Part shown: one piece after another, positions 48,457-58,301 of the stretch | Layout of the letters: each line of letters starts with the position of its first letter | Position numbering within the stretch: position 1 is the stretch's first letter | Assembly (NCBI GenBank): GCA_964561085.1 | Contig: CAZLNP010000003.1 | Span: 7,351-71,350, forward strand | Origin: an uncultured Candidatus Saccharibacteria bacterium | Lineage (GTDB): Bacteria; Patescibacteriota; Doudnabacteria; UBA920 | Length of the DNA stretch: 64,000 bases | Direction: 5' to 3' | Translations under genes and position numbers: made by a program | Notes under the pieces: generated by a model | Databases searched by the model: none | What the model saw: only the letters and a program-made list of their open reading frames with translations | What the model was told of the DNA's origin: nothing

Positions 48457-49134
48457 CTATTTCTTTTTCTTACCGTTATCTGGAGCAACCTTTACTAAAG
48501 GTTTTGTAACGCCAGTAGAAGTAATTCGGATCATTCCGCCAGTTGCACCAGGGATAGCGCCAGAAACCATCATCAAACCTTTTTCTAGATCAACATCTAC
48601 TACTTGTAGGTTTTTGACAGTTACGTGCTGAGTTCCCATGTGTCCAGCCATTCGACGGCCTTTGTTAACGTGTTGTGGATAACGAGAACCGATGGAACCA
48701 ACGGAACGGGGTTTATCGTGACCATGAGATGCCGGGAAACCTTTGAAACCATGGCGCTTCATAGCACCAGCGAATCCACGACCCTTCATTACACCGATAA
48801 CATCTACCAATTCACCAATTTCGAAAGCGCTTGCATCAAACTTTGCACCAGCTTCGAAAGTAGAAATTTCTTCAGGAGTCATGCGTTTTTCAACGAATTT
48901 ACCGAAGTGTCCTAAATCTTTGCTGTGGCCTGTTTTTGGCTTATTTGTACGCTTAGATCCAGCAATAGCTTGATCAATGCCGAATTGTACAGCGTTATAC
49001 TTATCTTTGCTTGCTTCAGTTTTTACTTGAGTAACAGTCATCGGCAAAACGGATACTACAGTAACCGGAATGCTTTCGCCTGATTCAGCAAAATACTGAG
49101 TCATGTTAAGTTTTTTTCCAACGATGAAGTTCAT
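48457..49134 (-). CDS. rplC: Ribosomal protein L3
   Basis: 225 aa. GVMKGRGFAGAMKRHGFKG. Confidence 0.9.
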   Translation of the reverse strand: MNFIVGKKLNMTQYFAESGESIPVTVVSVLPMTVTQVKTEASKDKYNAVQFGIDQAIAGSKRTNKPKTGHSKDLGHFGKFVEKRMTPEEISTFEAGAKFDASAFEIGELVDVIGVMKGRGFAGAMKRHGFKGFPASHGHDKPRSVGSIGSRYPQHVNKGRRMAGHMGTQHVTVKNLQVVDVDLEKGLMMVSGAIPGATGGMIRITSTGVTKPLVKVAPDNGKKKK

Positions 49135-49359
49135 GTCGTTCTTTTTCTGAAACTGAGTGGTCCGAACTTATAACGGACATCAGTCATCTGGTTAATAAAT
49201 ATAGGCTATAAAAAACAAAAAATGCTGAGCCTATTTGCCCAGCACACAAAAATACTTCTAAATCTAATAAAAGATAGAGGTTTCGTATGTTTGGCAAATA
49301 GTATTTTGATTGGAGCAGCTTTCTGGGCTGCGACCCTCAAAACTTATCTACACGATTGT

Positions 49360-49683
49360 TTAGCTCATTTTGATCTCAACATCAACTCCAGCAGGGAGAT
49401 TAAGGTTGGTCAAGGAATCAATAGTCTTAGCAGTTGGTTCAAGAATGTCGATCATTCTCTTGTGAACGCGCATTTCGAATTGTTCACGGCTATCTTTGTG
49501 TACGAAAGTTGAGCGAAGTACTGTGTACTTCTTCTTCTCCGTAGGTAAAGGAATTGGGCCAGAAATTGAGGCTCCAGTTCGCTTAGCTGTGTCCACGATC
49601 TGCTTCGAGCTTTGATCGATCAATTTATGATCGTAAGCACGAATCTTGATGCGGATTTTCGGTTTGTTAACTGCCTTGTCCAT
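49360..49683 (-). CDS. rpsJ: Ribosomal protein S10
   Basis: 107 aa. [15 protein letters not shown]... Confidence 0.9.
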   Translation of the reverse strand: MDKAVNKPKIRIKIRAYDHKLIDQSSKQIVDTAKRTGASISGPIPLPTEKKKYTVLRSTFVHKDSREQFEMRVHKRMIDILEPTAKTIDSLTNLNLPAGVDVEIKMS

Positions 49684-49860
49684 TTAGTCAATGAGCTTGT
49701 TAAGGATTGCTAAAATGTGCTTGTTTATGAGCTATTTTTAGCGTTTAAAAGAAAGCTAAAACGTTGCTTAGCTATTCTTGAGTATTTTAAACGGTTTTTA
49801 CATTAATGTCAAGTTTTTCTGAAGGAAAAGTGAGGATTTTCTTAAAATACTTTGCGAGAT

Positions 49861-49890
49861 TGACAAAACTACTATAAAATAGTATAGTGC
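49861..49890 (+). promoter_or_regulatory. Sigma70-like promoter (TTGACA-17-TATAGT)
   Basis: ttgacaaaactactataaaatagtatagt, upstream of the ORF at 49960, which has RBS GGAGGAG. Confidence 0.45.
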
Positions 49891-49959
49891 AAGGTCTTGA
49901 GCGCCAGTATTAGCTTGAGAATATAGACAGAATTTAGTATTTTTCCGGAGGAGTTATTA

Positions 49960-50517
49960 ATGCAGAAATTAACTATTATAGGCCTGGGTAAGGATGCCCC
50001 GGTCTTTCTAAATGGGTTATTCGTCGTAAACAACGAACGGCTCATCGCTGAAATAAATAGTGTGGAAATGAAAGCGTATTACTGCGATCTTTCTACACTT
50101 GCAGCTCAAGGAGTAACTGACTGTGATCAGTTCGCCTTTGGTTTGATGGAAGAAGTCACAGCGCGAGTTATTCTCTACTCAAGAGTTTTGAATGACTGCA
50201 AATTTGATACGGAGAATGATAGTTTCGGCCATCCAATAGCCGTTAGCTCCGACCGAATTTTGCAAGATGTTGCATTTACACTTGAAGGTCGCCAAACTTA
50301 CATTGAAGGTGCAATTGGTATCAACAAATTACCCATCACGCTCTTCTCGGAGAGTCGTTTTACAGCCGGTAAGTCGCATTCAGAAATACTGATGATGACA
50401 CTGAGACGACTTTTCGAATATGGATTACTGGCGAAATACAACGACAGTATGGTGTTCGGACCAACAAGGAAGTTAATTCACGGCTTAGCGAAAGCGGCAC
50501 GATCCAATCAGTCTTAG
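49960..50517 (+). CDS. Hypothetical protein inserted between rpsJ and tuf on the opposite strand
   Basis: 185 aa. Strong RBS, own promoter, and a hairpin plus T-run terminator at ~50535-50560. Confidence 0.45.
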   Translation: MQKLTIIGLGKDAPVFLNGLFVVNNERLIAEINSVEMKAYYCDLSTLAAQGVTDCDQFAFGLMEEVTARVILYSRVLNDCKFDTENDSFGHPIAVSSDRILQDVAFTLEGRQTYIEGAIGINKLPITLFSESRFTAGKSHSEILMMTLRRLFEYGLLAKYNDSMVFGPTRKLIHGLAKAARSNQS

Positions 50518-50736
50518 TTCAAAAAACTTCTAGAACTACGGTATGCTAGTCAGAAATGGCTAGCTTTTTTATTAACTGAAATTAAAAAACTCCCCTACTT
50601 TCGTAGAGGAGTTTTTTATATAAAAGTAAATTGTTTGGCTGAAATATTATTTATTGAGGAGGCAGTAACGCTAAGCGCAGCTGCGAAGCAGCGTGAGCGC
50701 TGCCTCCGTATAAATAATTTTAAGTCTAAATCAATC

Positions 50737-51924
50737 TTACTTCATAATCTTAACTACAACACCAGCACCAACGGTACGGCCACCTTCGCGAATAGCGAAT
50801 TTGCCTTTTTCTTCTAGAGCTACTGGAGTGATCAATTTAACATTGATGTTTACAGTATCACCAGGCATAACCATTTCTTGACCTTCTGGCAAAATAACTT
50901 CACCAGTCACGTCAGTAGTACGGATGTAGAATTGAGGCTTGTAACCCTTGAAGAAAGGAGTGTGACGTCCACCTTCTTCTTTGTTCAAGATGTATACTTC
51001 AGCTTCAAATTCAGTGTGAGGAGTAATAGAACCGGTCTTAGCCAAAACTTGGCCACGTTCTACTTCTTCCTTCTTTACACCACGAAGCAATAGACCAGCG
51101 TTGTCTCCAGCCATACCCTTGTCTAGTTGCTTGTTGAACATTTCAACACCAGTAACAACTGTCTTAGATGTAGGGCGGATACCAACGATTTCAACTTCTT
51201 CGTTGATGTTGATAACACCACGTTCGATACGACCAGTAACCACAGTACCACGACCTTCAATAGTGAAGATGTCTTCGATTGGCATTAGGAAAGGTTGGTC
51301 AGTAGCGCGTTCTGGATCTGGGATGAAAGAATCCAAAGCTTCTACAAGCTTAGTGATAGATGGTTCACCCATATCAGATGTATCACCTTCAAGAGCTTTC
51401 AAAGCAGAACCACGGATGATTGGAGTATCTTTTCCAGGGAATTCGTACTTTGTTAGAAGATCGCGGATTTCTTCTTCAACAAGGTCTAGAAGTTCAGCGT
51501 CTTGAACCATATCACATTTGTTCATGTAAACAACGATGTGAGGTACACCTACTTGGCGAGCCAAAAGGATGTGTTCACGAGTTTGAGGCATTGGACCATC
51601 AGTAGCAGAAACTACTAGGATAGCGCCATCCATCTGAGCTGCACCAGTAATCATGTTCTTGATGTAGTCAGCGTGACCTGGACAGTCTACGTGAGCGTAG
51701 TGACGCTTTTCAGACTCGTATTCTGCGTGAGAAGTGTTGATGGTAATACCACGAGCACGTTCTTCAGGCGCATTGTCGATGCTAGCATAGTCCTTAGCTT
51801 TCGCGTTTCCGGACTTAGCTAACACAGTTGTGATAGCCGCAGTTAAAGTTGTCTTACCATGGTCTACGTGACCAATAGTACCAACGTTAACGTGGGTTTT
51901 CGAACGATCAAATTGCTCTGCCAT
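50737..51924 (-). CDS. tuf: Elongation factor Tu
   Basis: ORF 50737..51990. The true start is probably M23 ([27 protein letters not shown]). Confidence 0.95.
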   Translation of the reverse strand: MAEQFDRSKTHVNVGTIGHVDHGKTTLTAAITTVLAKSGNAKAKDYASIDNAPEERARGITINTSHAEYESEKRHYAHVDCPGHADYIKNMITGAAQMDGAILVVSATDGPMPQTREHILLARQVGVPHIVVYMNKCDMVQDAELLDLVEEEIRDLLTKYEFPGKDTPIIRGSALKALEGDTSDMGEPSITKLVEALDSFIPDPERATDQPFLMPIEDIFTIEGRGTVVTGRIERGVININEEVEIVGIRPTSKTVVTGVEMFNKQLDKGMAGDNAGLLLRGVKKEEVERGQVLAKTGSITPHTEFEAEVYILNKEEGGRHTPFFKGYKPQFYIRTTDVTGEVILPEGQEMVMPGDTVNINVKLITPVALEEKGKFAIREGGRTVGAGVVVKIMK

Positions 51925-52004
51925 TTGATACCTTTCGTTGAATATATAGTAAACGGGATGCCCCGAGATACCCTCGCTCTTTCCTCGCAATGATGCGGGG
52001 GAAA

Positions 52005-52025
52005 AGAGAGGGTCTCTCTTTTTTT
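52005..52025 (+). terminator. Short hairpin plus T-run (terminator-like)
   Basis: agagag-ggt-ctctct followed by T6-7. Confidence 0.45.
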
Positions 52026-52095
52026 CGCTAGGAATCCAGGAACATCAGGACTGTTTTCTACTTATTCAAATTTAATTATTGTACAAATAAAATCA

Positions 52096-52113
52096 GCGGC
52101 CGCAAGGCGCGCC
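52096..52113. other. Adjacent NotI (GCGGCCGC) and AscI (GGCGCGCC) sites separated by AA
   Basis: Two 8-bp G+C-only palindromes within 18 bp in AT-rich intergenic DNA: gcggccgcaaggcgcgcc. Confidence 0.9.
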
Positions 52114-52224
52114 AATCACTATGTATTCTAAGGAGTTTTGGAGGTGGTGTCAAGTTGGAATCGCTTTTGCTATTTACTAAAAAAGGTAGTATAACTAAAG
52201 TATTCATACAACGGAGGTGATGTC

Positions 52225-52551
52225 ATGATTCATCATATATACCGTCAGGAATGGCAGAGACTTGTGAACAACCGACTCAAGAGAGCTGGTTATTCATTCC
52301 ATCATTCACCGGAAGCAGCGGAGCTGTATATTAAACAGTTAGCCGATACAGAGGCGAAAAAATCGCCGATAGATCGACTATATGTTAAAGGTGTTCCTAC
52401 TAAAAGGGAAACGACTGAGCAATTCTTTAACGAAGTTAAAGGAAAAGCAGAACGAGCCTTGCAGTATGGGGAATTCCGAACTACAGATCCGACAACTCCG
52501 ATGGTAGATAAATCAGCCATTATCACTTTGGCAACCCTGTTTGCCAAATAG
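52225..52551 (+). CDS. Hypothetical small protein (108 aa)
   Basis: Strong Firmicutes-style RBS GGAGGTG, 6 nt before ATG. Upstream promoter-like TTGCTA-17-TATAAC. Hairpin plus T-run terminator at ~52560-52600. Confidence 0.45.
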   Translation: MIHHIYRQEWQRLVNNRLKRAGYSFHHSPEAAELYIKQLADTEAKKSPIDRLYVKGVPTKRETTEQFFNEVKGKAERALQYGEFRTTDPTTPMVDKSAIITLATLFAK

Positions 52552-52589
52552 AAAAAAGAGCAACTACTTAATTGTAGTTGCCTTTTAAT

Positions 52590-53027
52590 TTATATATCGT
52601 CAAAGTTTGTACTGATTTCTTCATCGACAGATGTTTCCGGAATATCAACTTTTACTTCTGGAGTGCCAGTGTAATTGTATGGCATCGATTTGAAAAGATT
52701 TTGAGCCCGCTTATTAATTAGCGAGTCGATTCGCTCTGCATTACTGGAATAGACCTGAGGCTCTTGTAAATCTGGATTAGGTAGCACGGCTTCTGGCAAA
52801 GCGGCATCAGCTACTGAAATAACTTCTTCCAATTGTGCCTGCAGAATTTCTCGGTTTACTTTCTCTGCGATGTCTTCCGCACTTAATTTGGTTTCTTGAG
52901 GTGCATTACCAGCAATCTTTTTATATTCATCATAAGGAAGGAGTACGCCCTGAACTTTGCCATCATCACTGACAATTACCACTTTCCCCTGCTCCCCAGC
53001 CAAATTTAAGTAATCTTTTATGTTCAT
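52590..53027 (-). CDS. Phd/YefM-like antitoxin-domain protein with acidic C-terminal extension
   Basis: 145 aa. N-terminal GKVVIVSDDGKVQGVLLPYDEYKKI matches the Phd/YefM pattern. No same-strand toxin partner. Confidence 0.35.
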   Translation of the reverse strand: MNIKDYLNLAGEQGKVVIVSDDGKVQGVLLPYDEYKKIAGNAPQETKLSAEDIAEKVNREILQAQLEEVISVADAALPEAVLPNPDLQEPQVYSSNAERIDSLINKRAQNLFKSMPYNYTGTPEVKVDIPETSVDEEISTNFDDI

Positions 53028-53189
53028 ATCTACATGGTAGTCTGAAGTAATAAACTTGGCAAATTTTGATTTAAGTACTAGACTTATGTTGATCTCCTCT
53101 CGAGGTCAATAATTCAAAACAAACCTATTTTAGTGGAATAGAATCAAGGGGGGCTACACTCTATGAAAACTTTATAGTGCGGTTTTACC

Positions 53190-53285
53190 GCATTCCAGAC
53201 TTTTTGGGGACTCAGTTAAATACGACTGGGTCCCGCTTTTTTTATTTAAAAGACCGCTCTGATAGAGCGGTCTTTATCATTTCTA
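53190..53285. terminator. Cluster of bidirectional terminator hairpins between fusA and the insert
   Basis: gggactcag...ctgggtccc followed by GCT7. agaccgctc-tgat-gagcggtct with T-runs readable on both strands. Confidence 0.55.
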
Positions 53286-53300
53286 TATATAAGCTTGAGG

Positions 53301-55436
53301 TTACTGTCCTTTACGAACGTTCATACCAGCACGAGCTTCGATGATTCCAGCAGCAACATTTTTAGGAACTTCAGCATAGTGATCGAATTCCATGATAGAT
53401 GATGCTTGTCCTTGAGTCATGCTACGAAGTTGTGTTGCGTAACCAAACATTTCAGCAAGCGGTACGTGAGCAGTGATGATCTTACGGTTTGTAATATCTT
53501 CCATGTCTTGTACTTTTGCACGCTTAGAGTTTAAGTCACCAATTACATCACCCATGTTAACTTCAGGTGTTGTAACTACAACTTTCATAACTGGTTCTAG
53601 AAGGACAGGATCGCCTTTGCGAACAGCTTCTTGCAAAGCTTTAGATGCAGCAATTTTGAAAGCCATTTCAGAAGAGTCAACTTCGTGATAGCTACCATCA
53701 TAAACAGTAGCTTTGAAGTCTACCAATGGGTATCCAGCGATAACACCATTTGCAGCAGATTCTTGGATACCTTTATCAATTGGCTTGATGTATTCTTTTG
53801 GAATTACACCACCAACGATTGCATCAACGAATTCGTATCCTTTACCAGCTTCCAAAGGTTCAACACGAAGGTAAACGTGACCGTATTGTCCACGACCACC
53901 AGATTGGCGGATGAACTTGTGTTCTGCTTCGGCCATCTTCTTAAAGCTTTCTTTGTAAGCAACTTGAGGCTTACCAACGTTAGCTTCAACTTTAAATTCG
54001 CGCTTCATACGATCTACAAGAATTTCAAGGTGAAGTTCACCCATACCAGCAATAATGGTTTCTTGAGTTTCAGTGTCAGAGCTAACTTTGAATGTCGGAT
54101 CTTCTTCAGCAAGTTTTTGCATCGCAATACCCATTTTTTCTTGGTCAGCTTTTGTCTTTGGCTCAATCGCCATAGAGATAACTGGTTCAGCGAACTTGAT
54201 CTTTTCAAGTTCGATTGGAGATGTTTCTGCACAAAGTGTATCTGCAGTGATAGTGTCTTTTGGACCTACCAACGCACAAATGTCACCAGCGAAAACTTCT
54301 TTAACTTCATCGCGTTGGTCAGCACGCATACGTACGATACGACCAACACGTTCTTTGTTTCCTGAACGAGCGTTCAAAACGTAAGAGCCAGCAGTCAAAG
54401 TTCCAGAGTAAACACGGAAGAAAGCAAGACGACCTACGAATGGGTCAGTTGCAATTTTGAAAGCAAGCGCTGTGAATGGTTCTGCGTCAGATGGGTTACG
54501 AACGAGCTCTTCACCAGTCTTTGGGTTTGTACCCTTAACAGGTTCTTTATCCACTGGAGATGGTAAGAAGTTTGCAACTGCATCAAGCAATGTACGAACG
54601 ATGATACCACGGCCATCACCACCAAATACTGGATAGAATTCACCAGAACGAGTTGCTTTACGGATAGCCATAAGCAATTCATCTTCTGTAAGAGCTTCAC
54701 CGCCCAAATATTTTTCCATCAATTCGTCGTCGAACTCAACAACTTTTTCAATTAATTCATGACGGTACTTTTCAGCCTTTTCTAACATGTCTGCAGGAAC
54801 TTCACCAATAGTGAATTCTTTGTCTGTGTAATCTTTGTATGTGTAAGACTTCATTCCGATAAGATCTACAACACCAATAATGTCTTTTTCAAAACCGATT
54901 GGAAGTTGTACTGGGAATGCATTCTTTGTTAAACGAGTGTGAATAGATTCCAAAGACTTGTAGAAGTCGCCACCAGTTTGGTTAATCTTGTTGATGAAAC
55001 ATGCGCGAGGTACACCATACTTGTCGGCTTGGCGCCATACTGTTTCGGATTGAGGTTCTACACCCATCTTACCGTCGAATACGGTAATGGCACCATCAAG
55101 CACACGCAAAGAACGTTCAACTTCTACTGTGAAGTCTACGTGTCCTGGTGTGTCGATAATGTTGATTTTGTATTGATCAACGCTGTCGCCTTCATGGGCC
55201 ATCTTGATGTACTGGGGTTTCCAGTAACAAGTAACAGCAGCAGACGTGATAGTAATACCACGTTCACGTTCTTGTTCCATCCAGTCGGTAACAGTTTCAC
55301 CTTCGTGTACTGCACCAATGGTGTGGATCATACCGGTGTTATACAAAATACCTTCGGTAGTTGTAGTTTTGCCGGCATCGATGTGAGCGATAATCCCGAT
55401 GTTTCGGGTCGCTTCAATTGGATATTCTCTTGGCAT
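53301..55436 (-). CDS. fusA: Elongation factor G
   Basis: 711 aa. [17 protein letters not shown]. Confidence 0.95.
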   Translation of the reverse strand: MPREYPIEATRNIGIIAHIDAGKTTTTEGILYNTGMIHTIGAVHEGETVTDWMEQERERGITITSAAVTCYWKPQYIKMAHEGDSVDQYKINIIDTPGHVDFTVEVERSLRVLDGAITVFDGKMGVEPQSETVWRQADKYGVPRACFINKINQTGGDFYKSLESIHTRLTKNAFPVQLPIGFEKDIIGVVDLIGMKSYTYKDYTDKEFTIGEVPADMLEKAEKYRHELIEKVVEFDDELMEKYLGGEALTEDELLMAIRKATRSGEFYPVFGGDGRGIIVRTLLDAVANFLPSPVDKEPVKGTNPKTGEELVRNPSDAEPFTALAFKIATDPFVGRLAFFRVYSGTLTAGSYVLNARSGNKERVGRIVRMRADQRDEVKEVFAGDICALVGPKDTITADTLCAETSPIELEKIKFAEPVISMAIEPKTKADQEKMGIAMQKLAEEDPTFKVSSDTETQETIIAGMGELHLEILVDRMKREFKVEANVGKPQVAYKESFKKMAEAEHKFIRQSGGRGQYGHVYLRVEPLEAGKGYEFVDAIVGGVIPKEYIKPIDKGIQESAANGVIAGYPLVDFKATVYDGSYHEVDSSEMAFKIAASKALQEAVRKGDPVLLEPVMKVVVTTPEVNMGDVIGDLNSKRAKVQDMEDITNRKIITAHVPLAEMFGYATQLRSMTQGQASSIMEFDHYAEVPKNVAAGIIEARAGMNVRKGQ

Positions 55437-55459
55437 AATTTATTAAATCTTTATTTCTA

Positions 55460-55963
55460 TTATTTACGCTTGTTTCCAAAACGTGCGAAGTGAGCGAAAG
55501 CTTTGTTAGCTTCAGCCATACGGTGAGTGTCATCACGCTTCTTAACAGCAGCACCAATTTTGTTGAAAGCATCAACAATTTCGTAAGCTAGCTTTTCGCG
55601 CATTGGAGCACCTTTACGAGCGCGGGCAGCATTAATCATCCATTTCATTCCAAGTGCTGTGCGGCGAGGTTCTTGTACTTCCATTGGAACTTGATAGTTA
55701 GATCCACCGATACGGCGACCTTTAATTTCCATCAATGGAGCGATATTTTTTAAAGCGATGTCGAAGATCTGACGGCTGTCAGAAACATCTTGGTCTTTCA
55801 TTTTTTCACCAACAATGTCCAATGCATCATAGAAAATCTTCTGTGATACGGTTTTCTTACCGCGTTCCATTAGGTAGTTAATGAACTTACCGTATTTAAC
55901 GCTAGAAAACTTTGGATCTGGGGCTGGCAAATGTTTTTCGAAACTTCTTGCTCTACGTGGCAT
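55460..55963 (-). CDS. rpsG: Ribosomal protein S7
   Basis: 167 aa. MPRRARSFEKHLPAPDPK... Confidence 0.9.
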   Translation of the reverse strand: MPRRARSFEKHLPAPDPKFSSVKYGKFINYLMERGKKTVSQKIFYDALDIVGEKMKDQDVSDSRQIFDIALKNIAPLMEIKGRRIGGSNYQVPMEVQEPRRTALGMKWMINAARARKGAPMREKLAYEIVDAFNKIGAAVKKRDDTHRMAEANKAFAHFARFGNKRK

Positions 55964-55984
55964 ATATTTAAAGTCTTTCTAGGG

Positions 55985-56407
55985 TTACGCTGCGCTTGGG
56001 CGCTTTGTTCCATATTTACTGCGAGAGCGTTTACGACCGTCAACGCCTAATGTGTCCAACTTACCACGAACGATGTGGTAACGAACACCCGGAAGATCTT
56101 TTACACGACCGCCGCGAATCATTACTACACTGTGTTCCTGCAAGTTGTGACCAACACCTGGGATGTAAGCAAGAACTTCCATCTGGTTAGTCAATTTAAT
56201 CTTAGCTACTTTTCGAAGCGCAGAGTTCGGCTTCTTTGGAGTAGTTGTGTATACCTTTAGACAAACACCGCGCATGAATGGAGATCCAGTCGGCATGGTG
56301 ATTACCTTATTCTTTAGCAAGTTCACACGACGTTGTAACGCCGGAGATTTGCTTTTGGCTTTCAAAGGCTTTCGACCTTTACGAACCAATTGGTTAATAG
56401 TTGGCAT
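55985..56407 (-). CDS. rpsL: Ribosomal protein S12
   Basis: 140 aa. [13 protein letters not shown]...[11 protein letters not shown]. Confidence 0.9.
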   Translation of the reverse strand: MPTINQLVRKGRKPLKAKSKSPALQRRVNLLKNKVITMPTGSPFMRGVCLKVYTTTPKKPNSALRKVAKIKLTNQMEVLAYIPGVGHNLQEHSVVMIRGGRVKDLPGVRYHIVRGKLDTLGVDGRKRSRSKYGTKRPSAA

Positions 56408-56502
56408 CTTTCGATGTACCTTTCTTATTTGGGTGACACTCGCCTCTTCGCTTGTCTCTATGACAAACTTAGAAACGTCCCTTTAATAAATAATTTCCAC
56501 AT

Positions 56503-56522
56503 AAAAAACTGACCAGAGTCAG
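56503..56522 (-). terminator. Intrinsic terminator or attenuator in the rpsL upstream region (minus strand)
   Basis: On the minus strand: ctgac-tctg-gtcag followed by T6. Confidence 0.45.
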
Positions 56523-56767
56523 CTCTCGTGGTTTCGTGATTTGGTACTGCGACGAAGCCTATGCCGCTGACGCCAATTAAGGCGATCTTCCCAAATATAC
56601 GAACAATGTGTCGGTAATTCCTTTGCCAATTAAGGCACTGATGGGGCTTCAATGAATTGTATGTGGATTATAGCTAAACTGCTGGTTTTGGTCAAGTTGA
56701 CAAAATACTAATAATATCCCACAATCTGATTAGTTCACGTTAGTTCAATAAGAAATAGGGGGAAATC

Positions 56768-57322
56768 ATGACTGTTCCAAATTCAAATACCAAACCTAAT
56801 CTCACAAAAGAGAAGTTTTTTTATGTTTTAGGTGAAGAAGTTAGTCGTCTGGTTGGAGGACGCTACTATCCATTTGGAGTTGAAAGCTTGCCAAGCTTGC
56901 GTATATATCAAAAAGAGAATGGCACTACTACCATCATAGGGCCTTATGGGGAAGTAAATATGAGGAAAGACGACACCTTAAGAATGGACCTAGAAGGTAA
57001 CTTGCGTTTTCTAAAGGGTCCATCGCGCATGGATAATCCTTTCCAAAAGGTTATGGTAAGATCTCGTCTGAAACCTGACTTACTCAAACTCTCTAATAAG
57101 GAAGAAGAGGACACACCTGTTGAAATTCACTACCCTTTTATGGCGGTCATTTTTAGTTCCAACGGAAAAGAAAGAAAGATATTTCCTGAAGGGAACCACA
57201 TTTCATACCGCATAAGCTCAAGTTGGGAAGTCGTAATGACGTATGACTCCAGAACAGAATCCGTTTGCGATATAATTGTTCGCTCTCACGCGAAATCAGA
57301 GGCTGCTGACATCCTCTTATGA
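56768..57322 (+). CDS. Hypothetical protein, paralog A (shares RKDD...LKGPS region with the next gene)
   Basis: 184 aa. RBS AGGGGGAAA. Terminator at 57485-57516. Confidence 0.45.
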   Translation: MTVPNSNTKPNLTKEKFFYVLGEEVSRLVGGRYYPFGVESLPSLRIYQKENGTTTIIGPYGEVNMRKDDTLRMDLEGNLRFLKGPSRMDNPFQKVMVRSRLKPDLLKLSNKEEEDTPVEIHYPFMAVIFSSNGKERKIFPEGNHISYRISSSWEVVMTYDSRTESVCDIIVRSHAKSEAADILL

Positions 57323-57484
57323 AAGTTTACAGAGGCTGATCTTCTAAAAAAGCGGTCGGGAATGTTTGACGAGTATGAGCAAGTTGAATCTCAAGAAGAA
57401 AGTGATCTGAAATATTTAGAATGGTTCCTAAGAACTAGTAGTTCTTCTACTTTAGAGGCAACTGGTTCATAACAATAAGCAGAG

Positions 57485-57516
57485 GCTGTCTCAAAAGGAC
57501 AGCTTCTTTTTTATTT
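57485..57516 (+). terminator. Rho-independent terminator
   Basis: gctgtc-tcaaaag-gacagc followed by a T-rich run. Confidence 0.6.
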
Positions 57517-57535
57517 ACTAAATATTATGCGCGTA

Positions 57536-57564
57536 TTGACAATAACCATGAAATTAGGCATAAT
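57536..57564 (+). promoter_or_regulatory. Sigma70-like promoter (TTGACA-17-CATAAT)
   Basis: ttgacaataaccatgaaattaggcataat, upstream of the ORF at 57616. Confidence 0.45.
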
Positions 57565-57615
57565 TGATATTCGTTTTGATAGTTCTTTTAATTAAAAATA
57601 GCGAGGGGTAATGAA

Positions 57616-58254
57616 ATGCGAGTACCGGCTACGGAAGAAATGAGAAAACGCCAATATATTTTGGCCAATGAAGTGTTTGGACTATACGGCTTATATCACT
57701 TATTCGGAAATAAAGAGCTGACTAAAGTTGAGATAGCTCCAATGGAACGCGGACTAACAAGCATCGTAGCTTTTGGGAGCGAGGTGCAAATCAGAAAAGA
57801 TGACTGCTTTGGGCTAGATCCAAAGACTCAGAAGATATGGCTAGTTAAAGGGCCAAGCTGGTATCCTAACCAATTCTTAAAAGTCGCGGCGCAGTGCAAG
57901 TTTAATACTGAAACAGTTACCTTTGCCGATAGAGTTGAAGTGAATATTCTCCGAAACCAGACGGCCTTAACCTACAATTCACTTGCGCCACAAGAGCATC
58001 GATGTAGCCTCTACTACGGAAATAATTGTCCGAAAATCTTTGACGTCGACTTAGCGGTAATAAAAAATAACGACAGCGCAAAAAGACAAGTTGTCTCTAT
58101 AGCTGTAAAAAATAACTGCTGTCCCAATACCGTATTCTGGCTCAAAGAAATTTGCAGAATTCACGGGTGGTATAAAGAGCCCTCAGGGGCATTCGATGTC
58201 TTTAGGACAAACGTCGCAATTAAAGAAGGCTTGCATTTTCAAGCCCATGCTTAA
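57616..58254 (+). CDS. Hypothetical protein, paralog B (Cys-rich C-terminal half)
   Basis: 212 aa. Shares G-EV-RKDD-----L-KGPS----F-KV with the 56768 ORF. Terminator hairpin at ~58270-58300. Confidence 0.45.
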   Translation: MRVPATEEMRKRQYILANEVFGLYGLYHLFGNKELTKVEIAPMERGLTSIVAFGSEVQIRKDDCFGLDPKTQKIWLVKGPSWYPNQFLKVAAQCKFNTETVTFADRVEVNILRNQTALTYNSLAPQEHRCSLYYGNNCPKIFDVDLAVIKNNDSAKRQVVSIAVKNNCCPNTVFWLKEICRIHGWYKEPSGAFDVFRTNVAIKEGLHFQAHA

Positions 58255-58301
58255 TAGCACTGCAGGACTTAGCAAAACCGCTAAGTCCTGTTTTTTATTT
58301 A

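Noticed and set aside
49222-49512. 96-aa plus-strand ORF in the rpsJ-rplC spacer
   Set aside because: It overlaps the rpsJ coding sequence antisense. It is more likely a frame artefact, and the spacer is treated as non-coding.
52302-52547. 81-aa minus-strand ORF as a possible toxin partner for the Phd-like gene
   Set aside because: It is completely antisense to the plus-strand 108-aa ORF, which has a strong RBS and terminator. It has no RBS of its own.
53099-53296. XhoI (ctcgag, 53099-53104) and HindIII (aagctt, 53291-53296) sites near the tuf-fusA insert as further evidence of engineering
   Set aside because: Six-base sites are expected many times by chance in 64 kb. Only the adjacent pair of 8-bp G+C-only sites is statistically remarkable.
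53473-55493. ORFs on the plus strand (53631..54365, 54939..55493) and small minus-strand ORFs inside fusA
   Set aside because: They are antisense or alternate-frame ORFs within the well-supported EF-G gene. They have Ser/Phe-rich nonsense composition.
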